A DNA stretch of 64,000 nt from Paramecium tetraurelia (lineage: Eukaryota), in assembly GCA_000165425.1 (NCBI GenBank), contig CT868574.1, positions 124,001 through 188,000 on the forward strand, given 5' to 3'. The first letter of the stretch is position 1; every line of letters begins with the position of its first letter. Both the position numbers and the translations under genes were made by a program. Below are positions 43,336 to 57,089 of the stretch, in pieces. Under the pieces are notes generated by a model. That model was not told the DNA's origin, did not search any database, and was given only the letters and a program-made list of their open reading frames with translations.

Positions 43336-44977
43336 ATGTTTCAACCAAACCAAAGCCAAATAAAATATCACAACCCATTTGGCACTACTTCGGCTATCCT
43401 CTTCTCCCAATAATAAACATCCAGAGATAAAGTATTCAATATTGTCTAGCATAGTTCATACAATAGAGAGATGGGTCTGAAAACAAACAATACCCAGGGT
43501 CTTAAATTGTGTATGGTCCCAAAATGAAGATAGTTCCATCTGCTCAAACAACCACAGCGTTTCGTAAAATATCCAAAGATCTCAATATCACCATAGAAGA
43601 ACCAGGCAATCAACATTAACCTTTGCGTTAACCATCTCCAAACATGAAGAAATAGCGAGAATAAATGGAAAAGGATTGGAATAAGTTAATTGATAAATCT
43701 AAGATACTCCAAGAAAACCTAGTGTTACTCAAAAATAGCATTAGTATAAATCTGACCAAAAAACTACCAGATTAACGCTTGTCAAAAGAATCTACATCAA
43801 CTGCAACTGGTCTTTCTTCCAGATTGAAGTTGTAAAAAGTGAATATTAATTGCAAACTCAATTCACCATTCAAAATACAAACAAAGCAAGAACTCAGTAA
43901 GAGTTTAAGCCAAAACACATTTACAAATTTAAAATATGTACCTAATCCAGTTAAAAATGCAACAAATAATAATAATAGCATTATGACACTTACAAATAAT
44001 TCTAGCATCCGAAAATCTTAAGATTCCTTTACTCTTTAACAAAAAGTCCCATCTCAATTCCCATACCCAAAACAAACATCTAATCTGTATAAGTCGATTG
44101 AATAAAAACTAAATTTTAAAATTAGTTCATTTTTGGGAAGAGGGAAATTCAGTGATGTCCATATGGCTATTGATAAAAGATCTGGATTAATATTTGCACT
44201 CAAAATCATTAAAAAATAAACAGTCGTTGAACATGCAATGCAAGAACAATTGGCTAGGGAAATTGGCATCCAATCCAAATTATCACATCCAAATATAGTC
44301 AAAATGTATGGATAGACTTATGACGATTCACATATTTACATGATGTTAGAATTCTGTAATAATGGAGAACTATTCTAACATTAATACAAGTAACCTAATA
44401 AGAGATTTAATGAGAAGGATGCTAGTACTTTTATAATGCAAATATTATCAGCCATTCAATATATGCATAAATAAGGGTATATGCATAGAGACTTGAAGAC
44501 TGAAAATATCCTAATGTCCCTTGTATTTTTGTATTTAATATTTCAAGAATTATGTCAAACTTTGTGATTTGGGATGCGTTAGAGAAATCCCATCAAAGGA
44601 GGACAGGAGAAATACCTTTTGTGGAACTGTTGACTACATTGCCCCTGAAGTAATTAAAGATAAAGGATATGATGAAAGATGTGATGCTTGGCAAGTGGCT
44701 ATCCTTGCATATGAGCTGGTTGCTGGCAATACTCCCTTCTCAGAATATCCAAGAGATGATGATTCAATTATGGAAAATATACTAAAAGTATACATCTCAT
44801 TATATTTTCTAATAGAATAAATTTGAACTGCCTCAAACATTCTCTCCAGCACTCAAAGATTTTGTTAGAAGAGGATTATAATAAAAACCTGAGAACAGAA
44901 TTACAATTGATTAAATGTTATAACATAAATGGATTGTAGATAATAAAAAAGGATTTGATAAAGAATTTATATTTTGA
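43336..44977 (+). CDS. Aurora-like Ser/Thr kinase
   Basis: LGRGKFSDV, FALKII, QLAREIGIQSKLSHPNI, HRDLKTEN, LCDLG and RRNTFCGTVDYIAPE, after a long disordered N-terminus. Confidence 0.88.
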
Positions 44978-45867
44978 TAACTTTTTTCAAACTTTATAAA
45001 TATTATAAGGTGGAGTAGTAGTGTTGTTTTCTATTCAGATAGATTTTCATAGATTCCACTTAGAAATTTAAGATGTGTTTTTGTTTATTATTAAATTTCA
45101 TTACTTCATTTCTAGACTCATCAATTCTTATTCTGCACTTTGAATTATGGACGTAATAATTCACTTTAATATAATTTAAAATAGAAATAAAAATATTTAA
45201 GCATAGTATTAAAGAAAAAACAAATTTAAAGTAAAAAAGCAGAAATAATTCAATTCATGTTAGATCTCAACTAATAAAACAGCATTTTTTTTGTCATTTT
45301 GTTATTGTAATTACTTAAAGTTGTGCTAATTCCAACTATCAACTAATGAATTTTAAGAATATATCATTCAGATTTTACATTATCAAAGAAATTTATTTAA
45401 TGTAATTTGTATCCTTTAAGAATTGGATGAACTTATCGATCAGCTCTTATTTTTTGAACTCAAACGAGTTTGGGAGATACTATGAATTTCCATAATGTTT
45501 GGTTAGGTTTAAAAATAATATAAATATAAAATATATTAATATGATTTAGTCTAAGATGTCCTACCCCTAACTGATTCATTTTTTGGAGTGGTTATTGATT
45601 TCATAGTGTTTTATGGAATAAAATAATACACCAATGAAAATTCCCCACATCTTAATTAAATGATAATAAAATATTTATATGTACAAAAAATAAACCCGCC
45701 CCTTATTCATTCCGAAACCAGAAAATGGAGAATTCCCATTTGACATAAAAAATGTTAATACAAATGACGTCAAGCCTATTGACTTTTTTAGGATGTATAA
45801 TTCGTTATAAATGATGGTTGAGAAATTGATTTAAGATTAAGTAAGAATGTATATGATGTCAGACTGT

Positions 45868-46139
45868 TCAATAAAAAGTGTCAACCAATATCGATGCCAT
45901 ATTTCGAGTGTTTATTGAGAAGGATCTGAATCCTCCTCCTCCATAGAAGCTTGTTGGAAGACGAAGTTCGCCCTACACTTATCAAAAGCAGGAGTTTTGG
46001 TTGTTGGTTGAACATCTAAATTCTTTGGGCTTTTCATATAAATAAATATCAGAGAGATTGCAAGTACACTATGTTCAGATTTCAACTCATCATCGAAATA
46101 CTGTTGACTATGATGATGATTCTGAGTAGGAGTCATCAT
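45868..46139 (-). CDS. Putative small hypothetical protein
   Basis: MMTPTQNHHHSQQYFDDELKSEH...PTTKTPAFDK...EEEDSDPSQ in a locally GC-richer segment. Start and splicing are unresolved. Confidence 0.35.
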
Positions 46140-46324
46140 AAGTGAAGAAATCAATAAAGGAGAAGTCGAAGTAAGTAAAGATCATTGAGAAATAGCCAAT
46201 TCAAAATTTTGATGTATTCCAGTCGGATGACGAATAGGGATCAAAATGAGAGTTCAATCATAAATCAAATTTTCTTGCTACATAAAATAAAATAATTTCT
46301 AAAAAAGTCTTTTAAAATTTAATA

Positions 46325-47465
46325 TCAAATCATTTTCTCTATAATCCATAAGCATGCTGGTGTTTAGTTCTCAACAAATATGCACTCCTGCTGGATTCCA
46401 ATCTTGCTCTCTGCTGCTTATGGACTTTGAGCCAAGAAATAATTATTAAATTTAATAGTAAATGGTTTGTTCATCTCTAAAATGAATTCATCAAATGCTA
46501 TAATTAATAAGCTGAACTTACTTTAAAGGCTGAAGAATTAAACCTACAAAGAGCAAAGTACGAGATGACCTAGTTATGAAAAGGATTCTTCATCCGAAAC
46601 ATTCAGATAGAGAGCAGTCTATAGATGCTATAGAAAAATTTGATCTTCACGATTAATGTATTTCGATTTGTTCTTGGATTGTTATTTAACAATAGACCAA
46701 TAATCATTCTCTATAAAGTCTATAAAAATGTTTACTATCTCTTGGATGACTGAAACAAGTGACTTCTTGTACTTCTCCTAATTGAACCATATTAGTATGG
46801 GAATGCAAAGTGAACCCTGTCCACCAATTTCTTATGATTATTTTACTCCCACTTTCAACAAAGATTGGTTGACTTTTTACTATATTAAACATCTTCAAAA
46901 TATGGTTATCAGACTCAAAATACACGAACTTCCAAACTCCTTCATTTTTATTGTCCACATCCAATTTCTGTTTGGCTTTCACTAGAGTTTTATTCTGTTC
47001 TTTCTAAGAATGAGAAAATAAGTAATTTCTATTATCAGAAGACAATAATCGAAAAGGATCATCTATTTTTTTATTGAGATATTTGAGTAATAAGATGCTA
47101 TCTTCTTCTGGAGGTTGTATTACAAAATATTCCGGTTTTTCCATCAAAGAAACATCAGCCTTTCCTGAATGATCATGTCTTTAATCATGATTCACATTGA
47201 CATACAATTGGCTTTTGAAATGCTTGATTGCTATTATATCTCCATAATACAGGAATTAATTTTGGAAATCATCTTACAATTCTATTATAAAGTGAGTATC
47301 TGGGTCATTGGCATCACCTAAATATTTCAATTAAAAAGTTTCAATCTGCTTTCTTAGGATTTATTATTTAATTTAGAGTTTTCCAGCCAAGAATTTATTG
47401 TTCATCTAACATTGAATTTAGAGCAATTGGAAGGTTTTGAATGGTAACTATTCCTTTTATTCCAT
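46325..47465 (-). CDS. Multi-MIR (beta-trefoil) protein without signal peptide
   Basis: LYYGDIIAIKH...LYV and ESGSKIIIRNWWTGFTLHSH...QEVTCF...NDYWSI MIR motifs, repeated through the protein. Confidence 0.75.
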
Positions 47466-47685
47466 TTATATCATAATTGTTTTTATTTTTTAAATTGTAT
47501 TGTGATGTTATAATATTTAGTAGTTATAGAATAAACCTGATATACAGTGGTTCTAAAAAAATAATGGACATTAAGATTGGAGATAAGTTGAAAATTGTAA
47601 TGATAATTGAGTTTAATTTTGATTCTTGTGTTATTAATAAACATAATAGTTTTTATAAATGTATAATAAGTTTTAACCAATCATT

Positions 47686-50600
47686 ATGGATGACACTACC
47701 TTAGGATCAATTGATTCAAAAAGTGTCATGTTTCTTACAGCCAGTCCATCATAATTCAAAACCAAATCATAAGTGGTACTTTCAAGAAAACTATCAAAAT
47801 TGGAACCATTAATTATCGAAAAAGACAAAAGAAATGATTCAAATAGCCAAGAAAAGCGATTATCACATGATCTTGGGGCTAGTTAAGTTTTAGATTGGAA
47901 ATCATTCATGTAGAAGGATGCAGAATACATCAAAGAATTCAATGAAACTACAGAGAAGTTCAGACGAAGTTCAATTTAATCTTAAAATTCACAAATTTTC
48001 ATGTCTCCCTCAATAACAGACAAGTTCAATCACTCACAATTTGATGGAAGAAGATCCTCAATTAATTTGAAGTCTCCTGATAATGACGACTTTCTCGAAA
48101 AAATGAAATTAGGAAAGTAAGAGAAATATGTATACTCTAGTAAACAGTTGCCAAATTTAACAACCTCTGAATTTATGAAGTGCGTTAGATAAAAAGAAAA
48201 ATTAACCGAATATGCTAAAGTTTATTAACAATCTCCACAAAACATATATCTCAAGTTAAACAACTGTATTATGCTCTTCATTTATTGATTAGCTTAGAGT
48301 TTCGTACCTAAAACCTTTGGATTAGTGACTACTTCTGGAAATCAATTGACTCAAGTAAATGCATCTAGATATCTGAGAAGCATCGATGATTGTAAAGTGT
48401 ATGCTGAAGCTATGACAACGACACAATCACAAGGCATCTAGAAGATGTAATTGAATAGCAACATTTATGATCCACGTTAGTTCAAAGAACTATTGTCTAG
48501 CTTTCCTAATACAGTAAGAGAGCTTGAATTAAAAGATTGCAAATTAAATTTTAAACATGTAGACACTCTGATGAGTTATATTAACAAGAATCTGATCTTA
48601 AAATTGAATTTGGAATAGAATTTACTCAGAGATCAAGGTTGCAACATGCTTATGAAACATCTAATGAACAATAACACATTGTAGTGTTTAAATCTCTGCA
48701 ATAATAGAATTACAGAGACTTCGAGCGTAGCCTTGAGTAATTTCTTAAAATAATCCCAAAGACTCTTAGAACTATATCTAGGATTTAATAATCTCTAAAT
48801 TAATGGTAGCATCTAAATTTGGAAGGCCATGTATAAGAATACAAGCATTAAGATATTAGATATGTCTCATAATGCTATTGCTTCTTTGGAATGCGCATAG
48901 GCTATAGCCAAGGCATTGTCTCGTTCTTACAATGAATTAGTTCACATAGACATAAGATATAATAAGTTTAATCATCAACAGAGTCAAATCATTGCTGAAG
49001 GTCTGATTAAAAATGAAACTATCTACGGATTCCATTTCGAAGGCAATTATTAAGACATAATAGTTAATCCAAATGGATTTCTAATTAATAGAAAGGAGGA
49101 ACTCAAATTAAAACAATAGAAAATAGATTTATTAAATAAGCAACCCTAATATTTTAAATTATTGGATGAAGAAAAATTAGAAAATCCAAATAATTTGAAA
49201 ACAGATGAAGATTTGTGTCTTGCCTATCATAGAAGTAGAAGAATGAAATCAACTGAACTAAACAAGTAAAAAGTAAACATGATAAATAAATTGGATGTTT
49301 GTTGGATATGCGAAGGATGGTAAGAAATCAAATTCTAATGGAATCAAAAATCAGGATCCTTGCGATCTGAACCAATCTTCATCCACTTCGATTTTGATGA
49401 CTATAAACCCTATTTAATGACCTTTTTAAATGGGGAATTCTTCTTTGTAAAGATGTGTCCTCCAAATAGATCAATCAAATACTTCTTTACTAATCCAATT
49501 CTTGGAATCCAGTGCATAGCAGAAGATCAGAATGTCTTATATTTGCATTAGCCACTCCCTTCTATCCCCTTTCTATACAATAATGAGATTTTAGTTGATG
49601 GAAACACTATGCAAATGATTAACGAATTGATATCACACAGCAACTAAGTCTTATTTGATAGATATGTTCCCTTAGTTTAAGCAAAACCAAGAGAGATGAT
49701 GGCTTTATTTGATTTTTCTCCTTATTTGAATATTGCATCCACGAAATGGTCAGTTGAAACATCGATATTCAGATACTTTCCCCCTGATACTGATAAATTA
49801 ATAGAGGAATGCTTTGAATTCGATTATCAAAATTCAAAAATCAATAGATTAGTAAAGGAAACTGAATTACAGGATGTCAAAGAAATATTAAAATAATTCT
49901 ATGTGCAAATCTTCAATTGTTACAAGTACTTTGCATCAGGGAATCCGACTGCTCCTGTATTTATTATTATTTAATATTGTAGATCCCATGTTTGGGACCA
50001 ACTGATTATGTCGAGTTTTTAATTTCCAATGATGTTATTGAAGGAGTTAAACCAAATGATATTGATATTGGATTTACTTCAACAGCAGGTGCTAAGGATG
50101 TCTCCTTCCCTTAGGCTTATGAAAAAGGAATAGTGAGATGCTAATTTATGGAGGTACTAGTTCGATTTTGTAATGACAAATATATCAGAAGTGGATTGTG
50201 TTAAACTATGATTGAAGGATTAACATAATTACAGTAATAATGCAGAGAGTTTTTGTCAAAGTTTGATTCCACTTAGGCTTGGAGGAAGATGAGGTTGTGG
50301 AATGAAAAATGCGATATACTTATTCATGACAGAATGCCTATGATCAAGACTCTTTACAAATATACTTGTAAATTGAGCAAGAAACCATAGCAATATAAAT
50401 ATGATTACGTTTCTCCCTAAGACTTTAAGGACTTATTGAAATAATCGAGTATTATTTGTGATGAATTAACAGAAAGAGAATGCTACCTTGCTTACTTATA
50501 AAGCATGATAACTTAGAAAGATGAATTATTTCAACCGAAACATTATCAAATGAATCTTTATGAATTTATAGAAGCCATTGCAAGAATTGCTGAAAAAGTA

Positions 50601-51011
50601 TCAGTTATTAGAGGTGACAAAATAATTGAAATTGAAAACAGAAGAGCTCAGGATTTGCAGGATAAAATCTCTGGATTGCTTCTTTTAATGTATCTTACAT
50701 TGATAGATGAAATTAAAAAGGCTTTGCCAAATGAACCTGATGTAAAACATCTTGAAAAGTGTATGAATAATGATTTCAGATCCAAAAAACAAAAGCTTGA
50801 GGACTCCTTCACTGATGGAGATGAACCTCCATATGATGTTAAGGTTGAATTACCTATTTTAATTGCGCAAGTTCCAAATCTATAAGGCAATGCAAATGGG
50901 CCTGCCAAAAGAATGACTATTCGTAATATCAAATTGCTAAAGCCCTCTACTACCAAATACTCTCTTACAAATTTTGTACAATTCTTTATTAGCTTAAATG
51001 AAAGAACCTGA
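47686..51011 (+). CDS. RNI-type leucine-rich-repeat protein
   Basis: LKLNLEQNLLRDQGC, LQCLNLCNNRITE, LLELYLGFNNL and IKILDMSHNAI, then a CWICEGW motif and a helical C-terminal region. TGA at 51009-51011. Confidence 0.85.
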
Positions 51012-51112
51012 TTTTTATTAAATATCCTCATAATTTATATGTTTTTATGGTATTATGTAAAAGTTTTGGTTTTGTTATAAATTTTTACATTTAAGTTAAT
51101 TACAACAGTCAA

Positions 51113-51902
51113 TCATGGAGAATTGAGCTTGTTTTATAACCATTTCAGATACAGAGCCTGTTCTCGATCGTTTTGTAGGTTCTCCACAAACTATGCAAGT
51201 TCAGAGTCTATTCCAAAGGACTTAAGATAATTTAGCATTTCCCTTTATTACTTAGTTATTATTAGATTATTACAGTATCATCTATAATTTGATTCCTTCC
51301 AACATACTCCGCCACTCCTCTTTCCTGTCTGGGAATTTGCTTGTGTTCTTCGATGTCATCAATTATCTAGACCATATTGATTTGAATCTATAGATTTAAT
51401 GAGTGACATTTTACCTTGCTTCTGTAGGCTGAGCACTCGTAACAAGAAACCAATCCGTTTCCCTTAGTTAGATAAATACTAAAAGGAATATGATTCAAGG
51501 AAAGAGTTTAGAAATTCTAAACTAGAGTTTCAGTCTAATTTAATACAGCAAATTTCTGAGTTTCTTATTATTCCTCATCAAAGGATTCCTCTTTCTTCAA
51601 ACATTCAATGCAAATTAAAATTTAAACATTTTCTACTGTTTTACTTAATTCTAATTTTAAGTCATCTTCCAAATCTTGGACCTTAAATCCGTTAATTTCG
51701 GTCTAATCTGAATTTGATTGTGTACTCTTTAAAACCATAGTTTCAAATATCATTCCTCTCTCAATAAGTTGATATAAATGATCTTTGTTTAACTACAATA
51801 ACTACTTTTCTCTATTATCGATTCCGGAATGTATAATCTCAATCCAGAATAGTTCATAGGAAGTAGAGTTCTGGCAACTCTTAGCGGTATTTTTGCTATC
51901 AT
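51113..51902 (-). CDS. Mitochondrial glycoprotein Mam33/p32 family
   Basis: Basic presequence-like N-terminus (MIAKIPLRVARTLLP). C-terminal QREMLNYLKSFGIDSELAQFVENLQNDREQALYLKWLQ is typical of MAM33/C1QBP. Confidence 0.75.
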
Positions 51903-52336
51903 TAATTTTATATATATATAAATTAATATAATTTACATTTAAGATAAAATTAAAATGGGAGCTTCTACTCAATCAATACTATTAGGCTATTAATGATCCT
52001 CAATTAATTACAGCCTAATTAGAATTGTATGTATTTGCATAATCTATCATTACATACCTATTTTTGAATTTTATAAAATTTAAATAAGCTATTTTCTATA
52101 AGGTGATATAATTATTATGAAAGAAATTAATCAGAAATCCATGTGTACAATAATTATTAAGATCAAAATTTATATTCTAGATGCATAACGGCATTTATCA
52201 ACCATTTAGAAACAATTATTAAGTTTAATTAAATTCTAAAAACTTAATAGATTATTATTAATTATTTAATATTTTTAAAAATCTATTAAACAAGACCTAA
52301 AAAAGTAATTTTGATGAATATTATATATATAATATA

Positions 52337-55300
52337 TCATTAGTTTGATAATACTTCATCCATTTCATTTTATTTTTCATGCTTTTTATTTTCAAATTAT
52401 TCTAAATATTATAACAAAATATACCATTAGCATCTCTGAATTTATTTTTTATCATCAAATAGAACTCGTGATTTCTTCTTTTGTAATTCTTGTGACTCAA
52501 TCTAAAGCAACTATCACATTATATTGGCTTTTCACATTACTTACATATCACTTCTGCTAAGTCTGTTTTGCAAATTTAACAATTCTCACTATAACCTAAG
52601 CCAAAACAAACATTTATTGCTTAATTTGAAATAGGAATTCCCCTTTTATTTTTTCTAAATATCTTTTGTATTAAAATAACTCTTGGTATTATTGATAATG
52701 TTTATTCTAAATTATTTAACCTTTCTTCAGTTTTAATACTAACAAATTATTGAGCAATAAATCTTTCTACTTTATTTGCTTTCTTATCCTTTAATTTTTT
52801 CTTTTGTTATTCTTATTATTTCAATAGTTCTTATTCTTTTCTTGCTATCTCTAATTTCTTTTGTTACTTTATAAATTCTTCTAACAAATTAAGACCTTGG
52901 ATCTTTTAATGCCTATGTTTTTTTTCAATAAATGCCATCAAACGCTTCGCACAGCTTTTTAAATCTTGTAACTTTTTAGTTAATCTTTTCTTCATTAGGA
53001 ATCCTCTTGTGCATTTTTATACAATTATAACATAGTGCATATACTATAAATTTTTGACATCTTCCAATTATTATATCTTCTCTTCTTTCAATCTTAATTA
53101 TTAGAGAACATTCTGCTTTTATCCTCCTGTTATTTCAATTTCATTTTTAATTTTCAACTCCTTCTTATACTTATTTTTCATTTAATCCATCGATAACAAT
53201 TTCAATTGTAATCTTTGACATTAAGTTTAAACTTAATTTAATTTCTCCTTCATTAATAATACTTCTTAGCATCTGTCTCCAAGATCCTTCATTAACTGAT
53301 CAATATTCTCTTTGATCATCTATTTCTTATCATCCAATTCAGCTATGACTTTATTTCTTTTGTCTTGAATTGATCTTAATTCTTATCTTAATGAATCACA
53401 TTGTTATTTAACTTTCCCCTTATCAGATGTTGTACCTTTCAAAGACTCAACTAATTTCTCTATTTTTTTTAGTTTCTTAACCAATTTATCATACTTTGGT
53501 TTTTATTCTCTTTCCTTCTTATTTTCATCTTCAATTTCTTTTTATAAATACTTCTGTAAATATTTCAAATGCAACCTTCTTTCTTCTAATATTATAGGAT
53601 TCAAGATATCCTTAATGTCACCCATAATCTAAATGTACTACTTTTGGTTCTCCAACCCTGGAGTTAGAAAGGTAATGAATTCCTATTCGGTAAGAACACC
53701 ATCACTATTATTATCCAACATTTTTATGAATTGCTGTATTTCCTATTCCTTAATATTTAAACTACATATATAATCAATCATACTTAAGTCTGCAAATGTT
53801 ATTCTAGATTTCTTTGATTGTTAAAACACCGTCTTTATCTTCATCTAATAAAGCATAAGCATCATTCAATTTTAAATCATTTTTGGCAATCTAATTGGCT
53901 ACTGTTAGGGCAATATCAGGATCTGATATATTTCCATCTCCTAAAACCTACGATTATTCTCCACTAACTAATTCTGTTTTTAAATCATCCAAGCCTTATT
54001 TTAGTCTTATCTTTCTTAAACTTTAATATTCACCATTAATTTGAATCACATTCTCCTTCCTACTTTCTAGTTCAATCAATTTATCCAATTCCTTAATCCT
54101 TATCTCCTAATTCTTAACTTCATCATTCAATAGATTGTTTTCCTTTCTTAGGGCTCTCAAGATGTCCAAGTCTTTTTTAATTTGATCCTTGTTATCCTCC
54201 TCCTTCTCTTTAATCAACTCCTTTTTTTTAGCTTCATAAACTTATTTTATTTCTTATTGCTTCTCAGTGTTTACTTGAAGTACCTTATTATCTCTCTCCA
54301 AGGCTTTTTCTTAAGCTTTTCTGATGTTATTTTATTTAATTTTTAATAATTCATCCTACTCTTATTAAAACTTTATTGCTTATTCCTTCTCTCTCTTTTT
54401 TTACTCAAGAAAAGCATTACGTTCTTTCTCCTTATCCCTTTAAGATTTGTCTTCCGACTCTATGTCTAATTTGGATTTAATTCCTGCCCCAATTCTAACA
54501 TCAAACAAATTCTTCTTTGGCTTTGCTTCACTTCCCTTCCCTGGTTTTTTTACCTCCATTTCTAATGAAATTAAATTGAAATCATACTTTTTGGAACGTC
54601 CTTCACTACCACTTGAACATCCAACTTCTTCCCTAAATCCTTAGTTAAAATTGCAGCTTTTTGCTGATTATTTAATTAAGGATCTTCAAGCTGTGCTTTT
54701 GTCTGTTTATCAAATGTTAACTTTTATTTTGTAATTACTTTTGGTTTAGGCTAGGGTTTGGGTTATTTCTTTTCTATTTTCTCCTGTACATATATTTCAT
54801 CTTCCCTCTTTTGCATCTTCTATTGCTTTTCCTTATGCTTCTTCATCAATTAATTGACCATGTCTTATTAATTAGATGTCTTTGTTGCCTTCTTGGCTGC
54901 TTTTTTTTAAGTTCCTTTTTCTTCCTTATTGATCTTTACAGATACAGCATCGATACTTTCTAAATTGACATTCTTTTCCGATTACTTAATTAATTATTTG
55001 TAACTTTACCATTGATTATTCAAATTAGCTTTCCTCAACCTCCTACTCTTGTTCTTCTTCTTTTTATTATGACTTTTCCATTTAGTCTGCCTATTGATCC
55101 TCTTCCTTCTCACCCTCGTTATCTTAATTCTCTTTATCTTAATTCTCTTCTTCGTTCTGTTGCTCCTCCTATTATTAATCCTACTCATTATTGTCCTGAT
55201 TTTCATCATCTCCATCATTATCATTTTACCTTTATGATTAATATCTAAATATTTACTATTGCTCATTGTTCTCATCTTCATTATTATTAGCTTAAGATTA

Positions 55301-55427
55301 GTTTTTATTAGACTACTCCATATTTTCGTTTTGCTCTTCGTTCTCCTACTCATTCTGCTATCTTTTGTATAACTTATTGATTTTACTCCTCATTTTCGTA
55401 ATCCTCTCCGTACTCTTAATCACTCAT
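52337..55427 (-). CDS. Large coiled-coil protein with EF-hand and acidic N-terminus
   Basis: MSDQEYGEDYENEE... low-complexity start, EF-hand MLDNNSDGVLTEQEF and long coiled coils. Confidence 0.75.
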
Positions 55428-55834
55428 TCTGATTTATAATAAAAAAATTAAAGTTTTATCAAATATTTCTTATACTTATATTAAATAGAGTTTACAATTT
55501 ATGCATATATTTTCACTCCTTCTTAATTATGAATAAAATATCAGAGGTTTAAATATCCTTCTATATTAATATTCTACTATTATTAAATTGAGTTAGGGAG
55601 TTGGATTAATGGAAAGTGTGAATTTAAATTAAATAATAAGAGATCATTGAGACTATGAGAAATAAAATAACAAGATTGTTTGTAATCTACTTTAAATTTA
55701 TAAATTATTTTAAAGTGCATAATTTTTACAAATTGAAATATGTCCTTAATCTAATTTTAATTATAATAATCAAATTAAATAAGAATAGCTTGATAATATA
55801 TTTCATTGTTTTTTACACTTTAACTAAGAGATGT

Positions 55835-57065
55835 TCAATTTGGATGTTTAAAATCTAAAATAATATTAAGTAATTTTTAATTAATATCATGTTGACTCTC
55901 TATTACTGCTAAATGGAGTAATTATTTTCTAAAACTATTAATATCTTATTAATTATATGAATTAGGTTAGATAAGCTTACCCTTTTTATAAAGTTAATAC
56001 AAAGCCATTAAACAGAATATTCCACAGTCAAAACTTGGATATATGAATAAATTTTATACCTGTTTTCTTGTTTTGGACTGCCTTCTATGATTTACCATTT
56101 TGTCTGTTCACCTTAATAATTTTACATTTGTTCCAAACCTTCAACCACATTATTTTATATTTAATAGTTAGAATCCAAATATTATATTTGATTTTCATTA
56201 AAATCCACAATAGCACAAAGCCAATGGTTATTTTACAAATTAATAGGAATGTATGTATATTTAAACAGACTAAAAATGTTTTTTTAAACTAAAGTAGAGA
56301 ATTTGTATTTTTCTTTTAAATTTTTAATTTGAATGTTTAATTTGTTAAACTAATACTTTCCTTTTTCATTTTCTAGTATGATTACATTATTTATTTTCAT
56401 CTCACCTTTTGCAATCCCTTAGGTAGGTTCTTACTGATCCTTTTTTTCATAAGAAATGCTTTTCACTTAGAAATTGTACTTTTACAATAATTCTTTTTAT
56501 TAGGAGACTTCATTCTAATAACTAAAGCTAAATTGATTTGAAAAACTATCTTGTAAATTGAGGTCTTATTGAGGTTAGGATTTTCTAAGAAATCTTAATG
56601 GATTTAAGAATTTGATAAGGTTTAAAGTCTTTTAAAAAATGGAATTATTTTAACTTTGGGTCTCTTGAGTTGATTACTGTTCTTATTCATACTAGGATTC
56701 AAACATTTAAAATAAATTTGGAGTAGATTTCTATTAATATTGAGTGACCATCATGTTTGAAAGTATAGTATTTGAAACATCTGGAATGAACTCTGTGAAA
56801 ACATGACAGTCTAAAGAAAGTACCTAATATGTAAATAAAATGATAATACAAGAAATTCTCCAAAATAATATGAAAACATCCCCTGAAAAAAAACAAAGTG
56901 TTGAGCTGTCAAATATTAATTATTTGCCAGAACACTCAAAAAATCATCATTTATGGTAACACCATGTTTACGTATATTAAAATCCTTGAATTTATACGAT
57001 TCTTTATAGTAGTCAGCCCAGAATATATTTTCCTTAACTTTCTAAAGTGTTAATTCTTCACTCAT
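55835..57065 (-). CDS. Ulp1/SENP-family (peptidase C48) cysteine protease
   Basis: KNIFSLFKYTYIPINLQNNHWLCAIVDF...IQYLDS...SPKQENSFDCGIF carries the His-Asp-Cys triad and the oxyanion Gln. Two 26-nt introns (56824-56849, 56034-56059); 392 aa. Confidence 0.88.
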
Positions 57066-57089
57066 AATTTTTATTTTTATAAATATTAA

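Noticed and set aside
47543..47550. TACAGTGG matching the IES/Tc1 end consensus
   Set aside because: No matching inverted end nearby and no interrupted gene. Expected by chance.
55000..55420. Repeat-like low-complexity tracts (also 58900-59260)
   Set aside because: Explained by E/N/Q-rich coding sequence (TAA/TAG/CAA runs). Not tandem arrays, CRISPR or telomeric repeats.
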